64,000 nucleotides of DNA, from assembly GCA_003165595.1 (NCBI GenBank), contig PLWQ01000019.1, positions 11,341 to 75,340 of the forward strand. Reading direction: 5' to 3'. Positions 16,375-27,012 of the stretch are shown here, piece after piece. The position numbers and the translations under genes were made by a program. This DNA is from Fibrobacterota bacterium. GTDB taxonomy: Bacteria > Fibrobacterota > Chitinivibrionia > Chitinivibrionales > FEN-1185. Every line of letters begins with the position of its first letter. The stretch's first letter is position 1. Under the pieces are notes generated by a model that was not told the DNA's origin, ran no database searches, and was given only the letters and a program-made list of their open reading frames with translations.

Positions 16375-17407
16375 GCTTCTTCCTTTCGCCGTACGGCCGG
16401 GGCCGGCAGTACCGGTCGAGGATCGGCACGCAGAAATTCATCAACAGAATGGCCCAACACACCCCGTCCGCATAGCCGCCGTATTTTCTGATGAGAAAGG
16501 TGATCACGCCGCATCCGATGCCGAACAAAATCCGCCCCCATGGCGTCATGGGAGAGGTAACGGGATCGGCCGCCAGGAAGAAAGCCCCGAGCATGACGCC
16601 GCCGCCGAACACTTGATACAGGGGAACAATGAACGCTTCCGTTGATAAAACGTCGCCGGTCCCGTTGAAAATCCAAGACAACAGGAAAATGCTCCCGATA
16701 AAGGAGAAGGGCGTGCGGAAGCGGATAATGCCTTTATACAAAAGGAAGATTGCGCCAAGAAGTATTGCAATGCCCGATGTGGCTCCGAGGCTTCCGCCGA
16801 CATTGCCCACAAGGAGGCTGCCGATGGCATCCTGGAGGTCGAGCGGATGGAAATTGCCGGTTGCCAGAGCGTTCTTGAAGTAAACAAGCGGGGTAGCTTC
16901 GGTGACTCCGTCGAGCGCTCTGGACAAGCCGAACATCGTTCCGTGCGCGGGAGCGGTAAACGAGGTCATGGCGGCGGGGAAGGACACCATGAGGAATGCG
17001 CGGGCGGCCAGGGCGGGATTTACCAGGTTGTTGCCAAGCCCTCCGAACGCCATCTTGACAACAGCAATGGCAAACACGCTCCCCGCGGCTCCCATCCAGA
17101 ACGGCAGGTGCGCCGGCAGGGTAAAGGCGAACAGAAGTCCCGTAACCACCGCGCTCAAATCGCTTGTGGAAAGTTGTTTACGGAAAAGAATACAGAGGAG
17201 CGCCTCGGTACCGACGGCGGCGGCCGTGCACACGAGGGTCAGAGCCAGTGCGCGCATCCCGAAGAACACCATCGACGCGACAAACGCGGGAATGAGCGCG
17301 ATGATCACCGACAGCATAATGGTGTGCACGCTTTCGCTCTGCCGGATGTGGGGCGGCGTGGAAAGGTGCAAAAGCGGTTGCGGGCTTTCGGAAACGGGTT
17401 CGTTCAT
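16367..17407 (-). CDS. rnfD: Rnf complex subunit D
   Basis: Start MNEPVSES overlaps the rnfC stop (ATGA). Polytopic RnfD/NqrB text, including the GGSLGATSGIAILLGA region. Confidence 0.9.
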   Translation of the reverse strand: MNEPVSESPQPLLHLSTPPHIRQSESVHTIMLSVIIALIPAFVASMVFFGMRALALTLVCTAAAVGTEALLCILFRKQLSTSDLSAVVTGLLFAFTLPAHLPFWMGAAGSVFAIAVVKMAFGGLGNNLVNPALAARAFLMVSFPAAMTSFTAPAHGTMFGLSRALDGVTEATPLVYFKNALATGNFHPLDLQDAIGSLLVGNVGGSLGATSGIAILLGAIFLLYKGIIRFRTPFSFIGSIFLLSWIFNGTGDVLSTEAFIVPLYQVFGGGVMLGAFFLAADPVTSPMTPWGRILFGIGCGVITFLIRKYGGYADGVCWAILLMNFCVPILDRYCRPRPYGERKKRE

Positions 17408-18753
17408 GCCGCTGCTCCCGGCGCCGCGCGGGACGCTGCGGCGTTTTTCACCCGGTATTTCCCCAGTTTCATAAAGTGAACCAGATTGATTTTCGCCGGG
17501 CACACGTACGCGCAGGAACCGCATTCGATGCAGTCCGCAACGCCCCAGTGCTGCGCGTCAATTACGTTGTTCTTATCAGTAAACCGCATGAGGTAGGCCG
17601 GAGACAAGCGCATGGGGCAGGCGCGCGTACACCTGCCGCAGCCGATGCAGTTATAGTTCCGTACGCCCGGAACAAGCGTATCAAAGGCGAAGACGCCGTA
17701 GGTGGTTTTGAGCACCGGCGCGTCAAGTTCGGCCTGGGCGCTGCCGCGCATGGGACCGCCCATCACCACTTTCTTTGTCCGCTGCAGGTCCGTACCGCAG
17801 AATTCGAGAACGTTTCTTACCGGCGTCCCCAGGCGAACCAGGAGGTTTTTGGGTGTGGAAACGCAGGGTCCCCCGGCAGTGAGGGTACGCTGGTACAGGG
17901 GAGTGCCGCTCAGCACGGACCGCGCGATGGCGAGAATGGTGGCGGCGTTATGCACGGCGCAGCCGGCGTCCGCCGGAGTCCCGCCCGAGGGGATTTCTCT
18001 CTTTGTCAATGTGCGAACAAGGATCTTCTCGTCGCTCTGCGGGTATTTCGGTCTTACCAGGGCGACGGATAGATCGTGAAATTTCTCATCCTTGCACGCG
18101 TCCGAAAGCGAGGACGCAACATCGGCGGCGGAACTGTCCGCTACAACGATTGCCCGTTTCGCTCCCAGAATCTTCCTGACGATAAGGGCGCCGGTAAGAA
18201 TTTCGTCGGTGTGTTCTTTTACGAGGCGCAAGTCGGCGACCGCGAAGGGCTCACACCCGGTGCAATCGACGATAACCGTGTCCACCGGATTATTCGCCGG
18301 CGGAAGGAGATTCACCTGGGCCGGAACGCCCGTCCCGCCCATTCCCACAACTCCACAGGAAAAGATTTTCCGCACAATTTCCTGTGGAGCGGCCTCTTTC
18401 CAGGGGGTGTCGATGCCGGCCGTCTCGACGGCCAAATCCTGGCCGTCATTTTCTATTTCTGCGGCGAGAACGTGCGCGCCCAGCGGGTGGGGAAAGTTCG
18501 CCACCGAAAGCACGACGCCGGATACCGACGAATGTACAGCTGCCGAATCAGGAGACGATGGTTCCGCGATCAATTGGCCCAGGCGCACCCTGTCCCCGCG
18601 TTTCACAAGGATGCTGGCGCAGGGGCCCGTGTGCTGTAGAACCGGGATTATGACTTTGGCGGGCGGCGGCAGCACTTCTATGGGTGAGTCTGCCGTGGGG
18701 TTTTTGTACTTGGGAGGGTGAATGCCACCGCGAAAACCGAGTGACCGGAACAA
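17404..18753 (-). CDS. rnfC: Rnf complex subunit C
   Basis: FRGGIHPP N-terminus, an NADH/FMN-like GMGGTGVPAQ block, and two ferredoxin motifs CIGCGRCTRACP and CIECGSCAYVCP. The start was set at the TTG at 18753, which follows AAAGGA. The ORF itself is open up to 18876. Confidence 0.85.
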   Translation of the reverse strand: MFRSLGFRGGIHPPKYKNPTADSPIEVLPPPAKVIIPVLQHTGPCASILVKRGDRVRLGQLIAEPSSPDSAAVHSSVSGVVLSVANFPHPLGAHVLAAEIENDGQDLAVETAGIDTPWKEAAPQEIVRKIFSCGVVGMGGTGVPAQVNLLPPANNPVDTVIVDCTGCEPFAVADLRLVKEHTDEILTGALIVRKILGAKRAIVVADSSAADVASSLSDACKDEKFHDLSVALVRPKYPQSDEKILVRTLTKREIPSGGTPADAGCAVHNAATILAIARSVLSGTPLYQRTLTAGGPCVSTPKNLLVRLGTPVRNVLEFCGTDLQRTKKVVMGGPMRGSAQAELDAPVLKTTYGVFAFDTLVPGVRNYNCIGCGRCTRACPMRLSPAYLMRFTDKNNVIDAQHWGVADCIECGSCAYVCPAKINLVHFMKLGKYRVKNAAASRAAPGAAA

Positions 18754-18912
18754 TACCTTTGTCCTTTGATGTGAGAAGTGCGAGAAGAAACGATAGTGCT
18801 CCGCGCATTGCCCGCATGCCGGACGCTCTATCAAATTTGGTGAAATTAAAGTACGTCCGGTGCGACATGAAGTCAAGGTAAAATCTTCGGGCAGCCGTGC
18901 GCCCGAGACGAT

Positions 18913-19266
18913 CTATAGCGTGTTGTTTTCCGCCTCTTTCCAGAACGCGTCTTCTGATGAAAAAAGAGGGATCACTTTGCCGATTTCAAGGACATAGAAT
19001 ACGTCCCACACGTTTCCCGCCGGGCAAATAATCGCCATTGTCGCGCCGCTTTTCTTCGCGAGGTACGACAGCTTGAGAATGGTTGACAAAGAATAGCTTG
19101 CAATGATCTTGAGCCCGCTCATATTGAGTACAAAAGCCTTTTCACCGAGGCTGAGATGTTCTCCAAACGCCACCTTGAGCTGGCGGGAACCGTCGTAATC
19201 GAGGTCGCCGCTCAGATGGAAAAAGAGACGGTCGTTTTTCTTTTCCGGGGTAAGTACAAATTGCAT
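18913..19266 (-). CDS. STAS-domain protein (anti-sigma-factor antagonist family)
   Basis: SpoIIAA-like text LSGDLDYDGSRQLKVAF...FVLNMSGLKIIASYSLSTILKL. Confidence 0.8.
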   Translation of the reverse strand: MQFVLTPEKKNDRLFFHLSGDLDYDGSRQLKVAFGEHLSLGEKAFVLNMSGLKIIASYSLSTILKLSYLAKKSGATMAIICPAGNVWDVFYVLEIGKVIPLFSSEDAFWKEAENNTL

Positions 19267-19475
19267 GGCAGCCTTTATGTTTGAGGAAACAACTATAAAA
19301 TCGTATTTGCCCCGCGCAGCGGAAATCAGAATCGGCAGGTAATTGCGAATTCCGCCCGCATGTATTTTCTCATCAGTTGGAGACTTCGATTTTTTCCATT
19401 GCAGGTTGCGCAGCTAGATCTTCATTTTGTGCTGCATGGCCGCCGGGGCACAGACAATCGCAAAGAGGAGTGGCT

Positions 19476-20021
19476 GTGGGAGCGGCAACGATACCGGACA
19501 AAGTCAAACTGTTTGCGGCGATCACGTTCGCGCCGGAGGCGCGCATCGCGGAGGTAACGTCGGCTCTGGCGCGTTCCTTTGGCTCCGTTGACTTTTCCTA
19601 TGGTCCGGTTCCCTTTGATTTTACCGACTACTATGGAGATGAAATGGGGCGGGGCCTCAGGAAAATGTACTTGACATTTGAAACTCCCGCGGAACGCGAA
19701 GCGCTGTCGGGCGTTAAGGTCTTCACCAACGACCTGGAATGTCGGTATGCCGCGAAAGGCAGGCGTGCGGTCAATATAGATCCGGGGTATATTGCAGCCG
19801 ACAAGCTCGTGCTCGCGAGCACCAAGGATTTTTATCACCGCGTGTACCTCTCGCAGGGAATTTTCGCCGAGGTCACGCTTCATTACCGCAAGGGGATCTA
19901 CCGGTTTTTTTCCTGGACGTTTCCCGATTACCGCGAGCCGGCCTTTCTCGAATTTCTCCAGCGGGTTCGCGCTCGCTATGTAAAAACCGCGCGCGAAGCG
20001 CGTGAGTCACGGCGCGGGTGA
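19476..20021 (+). CDS. DUF4416-family protein
   Basis: KLFAAITF...FDFTDYYGDEMG...NIDPGYIAADKLVLASTKDFYHRVYL. GTG start 5 nt after AGAGGAG. The ORF is open from 19377. Confidence 0.65.
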   Translation: MGAATIPDKVKLFAAITFAPEARIAEVTSALARSFGSVDFSYGPVPFDFTDYYGDEMGRGLRKMYLTFETPAEREALSGVKVFTNDLECRYAAKGRRAVNIDPGYIAADKLVLASTKDFYHRVYLSQGIFAEVTLHYRKGIYRFFSWTFPDYREPAFLEFLQRVRARYVKTAREARESRRG

Positions 20022-20028
20022 TTTCGTG

Positions 20029-20075
20029 CAGCGCGAACAAGCATTAGAGAGAAGCCTGTGGCCGTGGTTCTTTAC
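20029..20075. repeat. Short dispersed repeat, copy 2
   Basis: CAGCGCGAACAAGCATTAGAGAGAAGCCTG-TGGCCGTG-GTTCTTTAC lies between the convergent DUF4416 and osmC stops. Confidence 0.7.
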
Positions 20076-20479
20076 TCGCCGGCCGTTACAGCGCTCACCG
20101 CTATGACTGGAGGCGCCGCCAGGTGCTTCTTGACCGTGCAGGACTCCGCGGCTCGGACTACGGCCTCTTTATACTTTACGGGAAAATCGGGCGGGAGCAG
20201 GATTGCGATATCGATTCGTTCCACGAAGTGCGTAGCGTCATTGCGGAATACCGTCTGCGTGAGCCGGATATTTTCGGTTGCAATCGACCGCGCCCGGCAG
20301 AACAATGCCACGAAGTATCCGGCGCACGTGGCAATAGACGCGAGAAACAGTTCAAAAGGCGACGGCGCGGCGTTGGTTCCTCCGTCGGCCTCGGGTTGAT
20401 CTGTCGTAATTGTGAAGCCCCGGATCGTCGCTTCCACTTTTGTGCCTCCCGGCAGCGAAACACTGATGACTTGTTCCAT
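20072..20479 (-). CDS. OsmC-family peroxiredoxin-like protein
   Basis: OsmC-type text AAPSPFELFLASIATCAGYF ... ESCTVKKHL. Confidence 0.85.
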   Translation of the reverse strand: MEQVISVSLPGGTKVEATIRGFTITTDQPEADGGTNAAPSPFELFLASIATCAGYFVALFCRARSIATENIRLTQTVFRNDATHFVERIDIAILLPPDFPVKYKEAVVRAAESCTVKKHLAAPPVIAVSAVTAGE

Positions 20480-20545
20480 TCTTTCTTCCCCCTGTTTCCT
20501 TTTTCTCTGTGCCCTCTGCGCCTCTGTGGTGGATCTTTCGTCCTC

Positions 20546-21301
20546 TTAGAAAATCACGAACCGTCGTATCGCATGATACCAGGACTTGTACCACGGCGGA
20601 TTGGGAGGCGCCGTTGCCGCCATTCGCCGCGCAACCTCTTTGTCGAGATCGGAGAGCAGCCGCGGAAGAATGAGGGCGGTGGCAAGCCGCACGAGCCACT
20701 GGGGCATGGGCTGCCACACCCAACCCTGGGCCACGATGCCCAGCCTGCACGAGTCGCGCCCTGCCGGGACGACAAACGCGGCAAGGCGCACGCCGTGTGT
20801 TCTGTAGTTGAGCCAGCCCGACAGCTGGCTGCTCCATTTTGCCTCCAGTACCGGGTCCTCGGTCTGGCTTGCAAAGAAGCGGAGATGAGTGGAATCGGTC
20901 CAGGAGATGGTGTCGACGATGCCGATACTCCACACGCGCGCTATGGCGGCCCGTCCTTCAACATACCATGTGCTTAGACCTCTCCGGAGCCGGGCGCGCG
21001 GCTCGTTGATGCGGCGGCACTGGTATACATTCCGGAAGATGTGCTCATAGTTGCTCAAGTCAAGCGCAACGCGTCCGACCTGCGGTGCCGGATACGGCAG
21101 GCTCCACACTCCCCAGGCGCGGTACACCACGGGCGTGTCGGACAATTGCTGGAATTCCACGCGGTTGTCCGATCCGGACCGCAATTGATTCTCCACGAAG
21201 GCGTAGTCGAATTCGGCAAGGCGGCCGGGCGGACGGGCCGCGGCCCCGGCGATCGCGATGGCACAGAGTAGCGCACAAATGGTTGGGGTTCGGATAGTCA
21301 T
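20546..21301 (-). CDS. Hypothetical exported protein
   Basis: ATG at 21301 gives the signal peptide MTIRTPTICALLCAIAIAGAAA. I recognise no family. Confidence 0.55.
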   Translation of the reverse strand: MTIRTPTICALLCAIAIAGAAARPPGRLAEFDYAFVENQLRSGSDNRVEFQQLSDTPVVYRAWGVWSLPYPAPQVGRVALDLSNYEHIFRNVYQCRRINEPRARLRRGLSTWYVEGRAAIARVWSIGIVDTISWTDSTHLRFFASQTEDPVLEAKWSSQLSGWLNYRTHGVRLAAFVVPAGRDSCRLGIVAQGWVWQPMPQWLVRLATALILPRLLSDLDKEVARRMAATAPPNPPWYKSWYHAIRRFVIF

Positions 21302-21347
21302 GGGTATGCTCAAAATACTTTATAGTTCCCCGCGCGGCAGAGCATCC

Positions 21348-22670
21348 TCACGAGACCGAGGCGTTATTCGCTTTTGCCAAGTCCATCACTTGCTGCACTG
21401 CCGGGGCGTCCCAGCCGGGAAGCAGGGTGATGAAATAAGAGTCGTTATGGGACAGCGGCGTCTGCCGGAGGACAGGATACGCCGCGGCATAGCGTTCGAA
21501 GAGGGGAGTGCGGGGAACGGGAGACACAAATACCGGCTTCGTCTTTACCGAAAGCGAAGCCACGAATTCCATTTCATCCTCGACCTGGTCCCGGGTCTGG
21601 CCGGCAAGCCCGGCCATCACATACACGCCGATCGACGCGCCGCCGAATCCCGCCTGTTTCGCAGCCGATACGGCGCGGGCAAGCCCCTTCCTCGATGTTT
21701 TTCCGCCGGTGTCCCGGAGGAAGGCGTCGCCGCCGGTCTCGTAGCCGAAACGCAGGGTCTCAAAACCTGCCGATTTCATTCCGTCAAGTACCTCGGGCGT
21801 GGCCCAACGCACGTGCAGACCGTTGGGAGTGTGAAAGGCCCCGGTGACGCCTGCGCGGGAAAGCGCGCGTGCGACGAGGAGGAAGTGTTCGCCGTTATTG
21901 TGCAGCAGCGCGTCGTCGTACCAGGCGAAGTTGCCCACGCCGAGGCGATTCTGCAGAAACGCCAGTTCTTCCGCCACAACCGGGGCGGGCCTCGGAACAT
22001 ACCCGGGGTGCAGGAATCGCGAGGCGCAATAGGAACAGCTCAAGGGGCAACCAAGAGACGAAAGCGCGGGCCCATGGAAGGCACGGGAGAGCACCTCGAG
22101 GGCAGGCAGCAGCGAATCGCATGCGGAAAGCGATTTGAGACTTGACAGATACGGAATATTCGATGCGCGGATCGCCGTCTGATCGAACAATGTTCCGCCG
22201 TATACAAACGCGTCGGGGCACGCTTCCCGCACCGCCGACGGGATCAATTGGGCGGAAGTCCCTCCGATTACCACCGGCGTGCCCGGCACAACGCTCCTCA
22301 CCACGCGCACCGTTTCCCGCAGTCCGGGCAGCCAGTAGGTCATGGATGAACCGACAAAGACGGCATCGGGAGCGGGTATGCCCGAAAGACGGGTGCAGAG
22401 ATCGCTTTCCGTACTACCGTACAGCTTGTAGCGGCGCAACATGGTCCCGTAGATCGCCGGCTTGGGAAACGGGCGGTGAGGAAAAGCGCCGGTGCCGTTG
22501 GCACGTCCTAACGCATCGGGCGGGCGCTGGAGACAGTCTACATAGAGAACTTGTGCCCCGTTCTGTTTGAGCATTGCGATGAGAAAATACAGCCCGACGG
22601 GGTGCATCCATTCGTCGTAAAGCTTGAAGTCGGTGACCCATGGATTTACAACCAGTGCGCGAAACGACAT
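21348..22670 (-). CDS. Radical SAM protein with an N-terminal B12-binding-like domain
   Basis: Cluster motif GCPLSCSYCAS. N-terminal Rossmann-like segment ALVVNPW...GLYFLIAMLKQNGAQV. Confidence 0.8.
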   Translation of the reverse strand: MSFRALVVNPWVTDFKLYDEWMHPVGLYFLIAMLKQNGAQVLYVDCLQRPPDALGRANGTGAFPHRPFPKPAIYGTMLRRYKLYGSTESDLCTRLSGIPAPDAVFVGSSMTYWLPGLRETVRVVRSVVPGTPVVIGGTSAQLIPSAVREACPDAFVYGGTLFDQTAIRASNIPYLSSLKSLSACDSLLPALEVLSRAFHGPALSSLGCPLSCSYCASRFLHPGYVPRPAPVVAEELAFLQNRLGVGNFAWYDDALLHNNGEHFLLVARALSRAGVTGAFHTPNGLHVRWATPEVLDGMKSAGFETLRFGYETGGDAFLRDTGGKTSRKGLARAVSAAKQAGFGGASIGVYVMAGLAGQTRDQVEDEMEFVASLSVKTKPVFVSPVPRTPLFERYAAAYPVLRQTPLSHNDSYFITLLPGWDAPAVQQVMDLAKANNASVS

Positions 22671-23115
22671 GGGGTTTCCGTCAAAAAAAGAGATTGGGGC
22701 GGCTCGACTGGCAATTTATATTGAATCCCACAGCGAGGGCGTCCTCGGAGTTTGCTCCGGGGTTAGCGAGCGACTAAGCGACTATGAGTATGTTTTATTC
22801 CATAGGGATGGAAGATTCCTCGCAGCTTGCTGCGAGGTCTTTCAATCCCACAGCGAGCGCATTCCCCGATGCTTGCGTCGGGAGGCCTTTGTCCGGCCGC
22901 CGCCGCTGAAATGTGTGGCTCTTTTCGGTTGTCCATAGTATAATTTTTCACGTTAAAACCGCCGGATGCACAAGCAAGCACAGCCAATATAATTGCTGCG
23001 CGGAAAATTGCCGTGCTCCGGTTTTCGCATGAGCGGCGCAAGCGCGCAAACATGGAGTAGACGAGTGGCCTTTGAAACCCAAAAGAACTTCCTCGGGAAA
23101 ACTCAGACGATTCTG

Positions 23116-25161
23116 ATGGCCGAGATCGAGTCGGAGCGGTGGAGCTCGTGGATCCGGCTTGGGATAGCAATCGGGTATTCGTTTCTTGCTTTCTACTGTT
23201 ATTCCCTCGATGAACTGTCGGTGCACGCGTTCGCAGTGCAGATGGTTGCCGTGCTCGTTTTGCTCACCTGCAGCGGATTCTACCTTACCAGATACAGCAG
23301 GGCTCGGCTGCACGCCTATACCTCTTTTATCCTGGTTGCTCTGGATGTGGCCGTCATGACAGCCGTGTTGTGGTCGTATTCGTTTATGGGCATGCCGTCG
23401 ATGCCGTTCAGAAGCTCGCTGTTCGGCATGTATTACATCGCCATTATTTTTACGGCGCTTCACAACAAACTGAGCCTGTCTCTGTTCAGCGGCATCATGT
23501 CGGCAGTCTGTTACGCCGCCTACTACGTGTACGCGTTGAATAACAATGCAATGCCTCACGACTCGTGGGTTTCCGATATGACAATACGCGTAATGCTGCT
23601 CCTGATGGTTTCGGCAATAGCGGGCATCATTTCCCGCAAGAACAACACGACGATCAACAAGGTGATTACCTCGGAGTTGCGGTATCAGAACCTCGTGCAC
23701 CGGCTTCCCGAAATGTTGTTTACCCTCGACGAGAAAGGGCGGTTCCAGTGGGCAAACAGCACCTCGTATGCCCTGCTCGGGCTGCCCGCCAAGGTGATTC
23801 CGGGAAGGAGCATTTTCGATTTCCTTGCCAGCCAGGAATCCCTCAAACTCGACAAAACGGAATTCAAGAACACCATTCAGATCAAAGACTTCCATGGGCA
23901 GAGTAAATTCGTCGACTGTCTTCTGCAACCGCGCGAGGAAGGGGACAAGGGAACCATTTACGAAGGAATTATGACCGACGTGAGCGACCGCGAGCTGGCG
24001 CTCTCCCAGCGGGAAGAAATGGTAAACCGGCTCTATCAATACCAGAAAATGGAATCACTCGGTACCCTGGCCAGCGGCATGGCGCACGATTTCAATAATA
24101 TCCTTCAGACCGTCGGCGACATCACCGCCCTTGTGGAGAAGGACACCGGTGAACCGGAAACCAAGAACCGCATGGAAGTTATTTCGGAGACGCTCGTTGA
24201 AGCGAAGATCCTCATTTCCGAACTGCTGGCGCTGGGAAGGAAGAAGCTTCTCGATTACAAATCCATCCACCTGCAGGATTTTTTCGAGGAGATCATCCCG
24301 CTCTATGGCGCACAACTGGGTTCAACGTTTGAAATCGTGCTCAAGGCGCCCGATGAACCGCTATGGATTCAGGGAGATGTCGATTATTTCAAACGGATTT
24401 TCCAGAATCTTATCGGCAATTCGCGGGATGCCATGCCAAAGGGCGGCACCATTACCATCGAGTGCTTCCCGGAACGAAACGACGGGAAAATAGGCACCGC
24501 GGTGATCCGGTTCTCCGACACGGGAACCGGCATCCCGCACGAGATCGTGGAGAAGGTGTTCGACCCGTTCTTTACGACAAAGAAGTCCGGCAAAGGCACC
24601 GGCCTGGGGCTGGCGCTTGTGCAGCGGATCGTGTCGCTGCACAACGGGCGGATTTCCGTGGAAAAGACCGACCGTCACGGCACCTCGTTCAGGATTGAAA
24701 TTCCCGAAAGTGAAGGCGGCGAAGTGGATCACGACACCACGGTGGTGCTGCTCAACCGCAAGCCCACCATGGTGCTCCTGCTCGATGACGATCCGAAGAT
24801 TCGCGGCATTCTCCGGTTCTTTATGAAAGAGTTCAAATACTCGGTGTGCGAGGCTTCAACGCTGGACGAAGGGGTACGCGAACTGCAGAAGCACCTTGAA
24901 GAATGCGAAGTGGTTATCATGGACTGGAAGCTGGGGAGAGACGATCCGCACCAGGCGATCAGCCGCCTGCGGCTCATCAAGCCGTCGCTCATCGTGATCG
25001 TGGTGTCCGGGTATCCGGCGGAGCAGAAGGCCGTTGAGGAACTAAAGATATGGAAGTGGGTTACGAAACCGTACGACAAGAACCAGCTCGATCTCGAAAT
25101 CCAGAAGGCGCTTTACTTTTCGAAAAAAGGCGCCGTCAAGCAGAAACAGCGCATGGAGTGA
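23116..25161 (+). CDS. Hybrid sensor histidine kinase (multi-TM sensor, PAS, HisKA, HATPase_c, REC)
   Basis: Start MAEIESERW. About 6 TM helices. H-box [11 protein letters not shown] boxes [17 protein letters not shown] and [10 protein letters not shown]-terminal receiver LLLDDDPKI...IMDWKL. Confidence 0.9.
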   Translation: MAEIESERWSSWIRLGIAIGYSFLAFYCYSLDELSVHAFAVQMVAVLVLLTCSGFYLTRYSRARLHAYTSFILVALDVAVMTAVLWSYSFMGMPSMPFRSSLFGMYYIAIIFTALHNKLSLSLFSGIMSAVCYAAYYVYALNNNAMPHDSWVSDMTIRVMLLLMVSAIAGIISRKNNTTINKVITSELRYQNLVHRLPEMLFTLDEKGRFQWANSTSYALLGLPAKVIPGRSIFDFLASQESLKLDKTEFKNTIQIKDFHGQSKFVDCLLQPREEGDKGTIYEGIMTDVSDRELALSQREEMVNRLYQYQKMESLGTLASGMAHDFNNILQTVGDITALVEKDTGEPETKNRMEVISETLVEAKILISELLALGRKKLLDYKSIHLQDFFEEIIPLYGAQLGSTFEIVLKAPDEPLWIQGDVDYFKRIFQNLIGNSRDAMPKGGTITIECFPERNDGKIGTAVIRFSDTGTGIPHEIVEKVFDPFFTTKKSGKGTGLGLALVQRIVSLHNGRISVEKTDRHGTSFRIEIPESEGGEVDHDTTVVLLNRKPTMVLLLDDDPKIRGILRFFMKEFKYSVCEASTLDEGVRELQKHLEECEVVIMDWKLGRDDPHQAISRLRLIKPSLIVIVVSGYPAEQKAVEELKIWKWVTKPYDKNQLDLEIQKALYFSKKGAVKQKQRME

Positions 25162-25200
25162 GTGAGAAAGTATCGGCCCCTGCCGCCCTGGCCAACGCCG

Positions 25201-26658
25201 CTAGGCCACCTGGTTTTCCTTGCGGAACTCCAGCGCGGTCGTCCGGCACAGCTTCTTGAAATATTTCTCCATCTCGGCCACGTTCTTGAACCCGCACGAT
25301 TCCGCGATCGAGGTCTCGCTCGAATGCGAAGAACGCAGACGTTCCTTGGCGATTTCGATCCGCAGGAACGTGATAAACTCCTTGAACGTCTTTCCCTTGT
25401 GTTTGCGAATGAGCTTTTCCACCCTGCCCGGCGGCATTGCAAGCTTTTCGGCCACGCCGCCCAGCGTAATGTCTTTTCTGGTTACCGATTCGTCGATTAT
25501 CTGATAAATCTGATCGGACAATTTCTTTTCTTCTTCGGATTGTTCGAATTTCTCGAATGAGACCGATTTCCTGCGCACGAAAAGTACGATGAGTCCTATC
25601 AGAAGCGTGCAAGTGAGGCCGGCCCCGAAGCTCAGCAGCAACAGGGTGAGCGGGTCGCTGTAGAAGGGACGCGGCAGCAACAAAACGGACGCCCACAAAT
25701 ACGGGCTGAACATTGCTCCCGCTGGCGCCTCCACCCAGGACAGGCGGACGATCTGGTTGTTCTCATCGGGCAAGCGCACCACCACATTGCATCCGAACGA
25801 ATCGGGGATTTCCCGGCCAAAGAACGAGACCGGGACCACGACACTCGCCCTGAATCCTTTCACGTCCAGTTTGCTTATCTCGTACCGGCACGTGCATGGT
25901 TCTTTGCTTGTTGCTATATCGAAGGAGCCGCTGGGACCCGGCATCGGGCGGTACAGCGTCTTGAACGGTGTGCCTTCAAGCGGTATAACGAGAGAAAAAG
26001 CGTTTTGCGGAGGATACGGTTTTCGCGAAAGCCCGGGATCGATGCAGATTTCAAGTCCCGCCTCGCCGAGCTTCCCCTTGGCCGCTCCGTTGAAAATGGC
26101 CGGCGCTTCCGCCTCGGCGAGAAAGCGTATGCCCTCTCGGTTCCAGCACGCCGAAACGCGAACGTCAAGGGAACTCCGCGAACTTGATGCCGTTCGAGTA
26201 AACAGGGGGAAGCCGGTGCTGCCGGAGAATGGGATGGAAGCGACGGGACACACGGCCGACTTGTTGGCGACAAAAATGCCGCTTACCGAACGGGAAATCC
26301 GCTGCCCGTTCTTGAACGACGCATCGATCGAAAATGACATCCCCTTGTAAAGCTGATTGGGCAGGTCGTCGGTATTCCAGATGAGCTTGAACGGGGGATG
26401 GGTTATGCGGCCCAGCAGGAGTGCAGTATCTCCTTTGGCGTTTGGCACGGCAAAATGTGCCGTGAAACCGACGGCGGCCACCTGATCGCAGGCGGCGACG
26501 GAAACGGTGCACAGGGGCGTGGTAACGACAATTCCCTGGCGCGGCGAATCGATGGTGACGCAGGAAGAATCGGCGGACGCATTGACGTATACGAAGCAGC
26601 CCGCCGCCAGGATACCGCCCACAACAGGAAGAAAACGTCCCATAGAATTTTCTAGCAT
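25201..26658 (-). CDS. Membrane-anchored AraC-family transcription regulator with a large extracytoplasmic N-terminal domain
   Basis: Signal/anchor sequence, about 330 aa of non-cytoplasmic beta-rich sequence, the TM helix LTLLLLSFGAGLTCTLLIGLIVLFV, then an AraC HTH (LGGVAEKLAMPPGRVEKLIRK ... IAESCGFKNVAEMEKYFKK). Confidence 0.8.
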   Translation of the reverse strand: MLENSMGRFLPVVGGILAAGCFVYVNASADSSCVTIDSPRQGIVVTTPLCTVSVAACDQVAAVGFTAHFAVPNAKGDTALLLGRITHPPFKLIWNTDDLPNQLYKGMSFSIDASFKNGQRISRSVSGIFVANKSAVCPVASIPFSGSTGFPLFTRTASSSRSSLDVRVSACWNREGIRFLAEAEAPAIFNGAAKGKLGEAGLEICIDPGLSRKPYPPQNAFSLVIPLEGTPFKTLYRPMPGPSGSFDIATSKEPCTCRYEISKLDVKGFRASVVVPVSFFGREIPDSFGCNVVVRLPDENNQIVRLSWVEAPAGAMFSPYLWASVLLLPRPFYSDPLTLLLLSFGAGLTCTLLIGLIVLFVRRKSVSFEKFEQSEEEKKLSDQIYQIIDESVTRKDITLGGVAEKLAMPPGRVEKLIRKHKGKTFKEFITFLRIEIAKERLRSSHSSETSIAESCGFKNVAEMEKYFKKLCRTTALEFRKENQVA

Positions 26659-26718
26659 CGTTTAAAATTCGGAGGAGTCTCAACGAGACGGGCCGTAACA
26701 GCCGGCACGAAGGGAAAA

Positions 26719-26792
26719 TGGGCGCACCTGGATTCGAACCAGGGATCTCTGCGATGTGAACGCAGCGCTTTAACCAGCTGAGCCATACGCCC
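26719..26792 (-). tRNA. tRNA-Val (anticodon CAC)
   Basis: Cloverleaf folded by hand. Acceptor GGGCGTA/TGCGCCC, anticodon stem CTGCG/CGCAG with loop TTCACAT, T arm CCTGG-TTCGAAT-CCAGG, discriminator A. CCA is not encoded. Confidence 0.9.
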
Positions 26793-27012
26793 GTGACAGG
26801 TAAAAATAGAAGACTGGTTGCATTCAATCAAGGACTTTGACTCTTTTTGTTATCGCCGCGCCCCGGGAGGCTCGTATCCATACAATTACCGGCCCCCGGG
26901 CATCGGCAAATCAACTATTTTAGGACGCAAAGACGGGTCGCGTCGCAAACGATTTCGATGATTTTCTTCCCGTAAACGAAAATATTCGTTATTGGTTGAC
27001 CGTAAACAACAC

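Noticed and set aside
22948-24039. 363-aa ORF antisense to the hybrid histidine kinase
   Set aside because: It lies entirely inside a strongly supported plus-strand gene. Its composition is His/Arg/Gly-rich with no motif, which is a typical shadow ORF of GC-rich DNA.
26793-27012. Possible integration site or island next to tRNA-Val
   Set aside because: There is no integrase, no direct repeat of the tRNA 3' end and no compositional break on either side of the tRNA.
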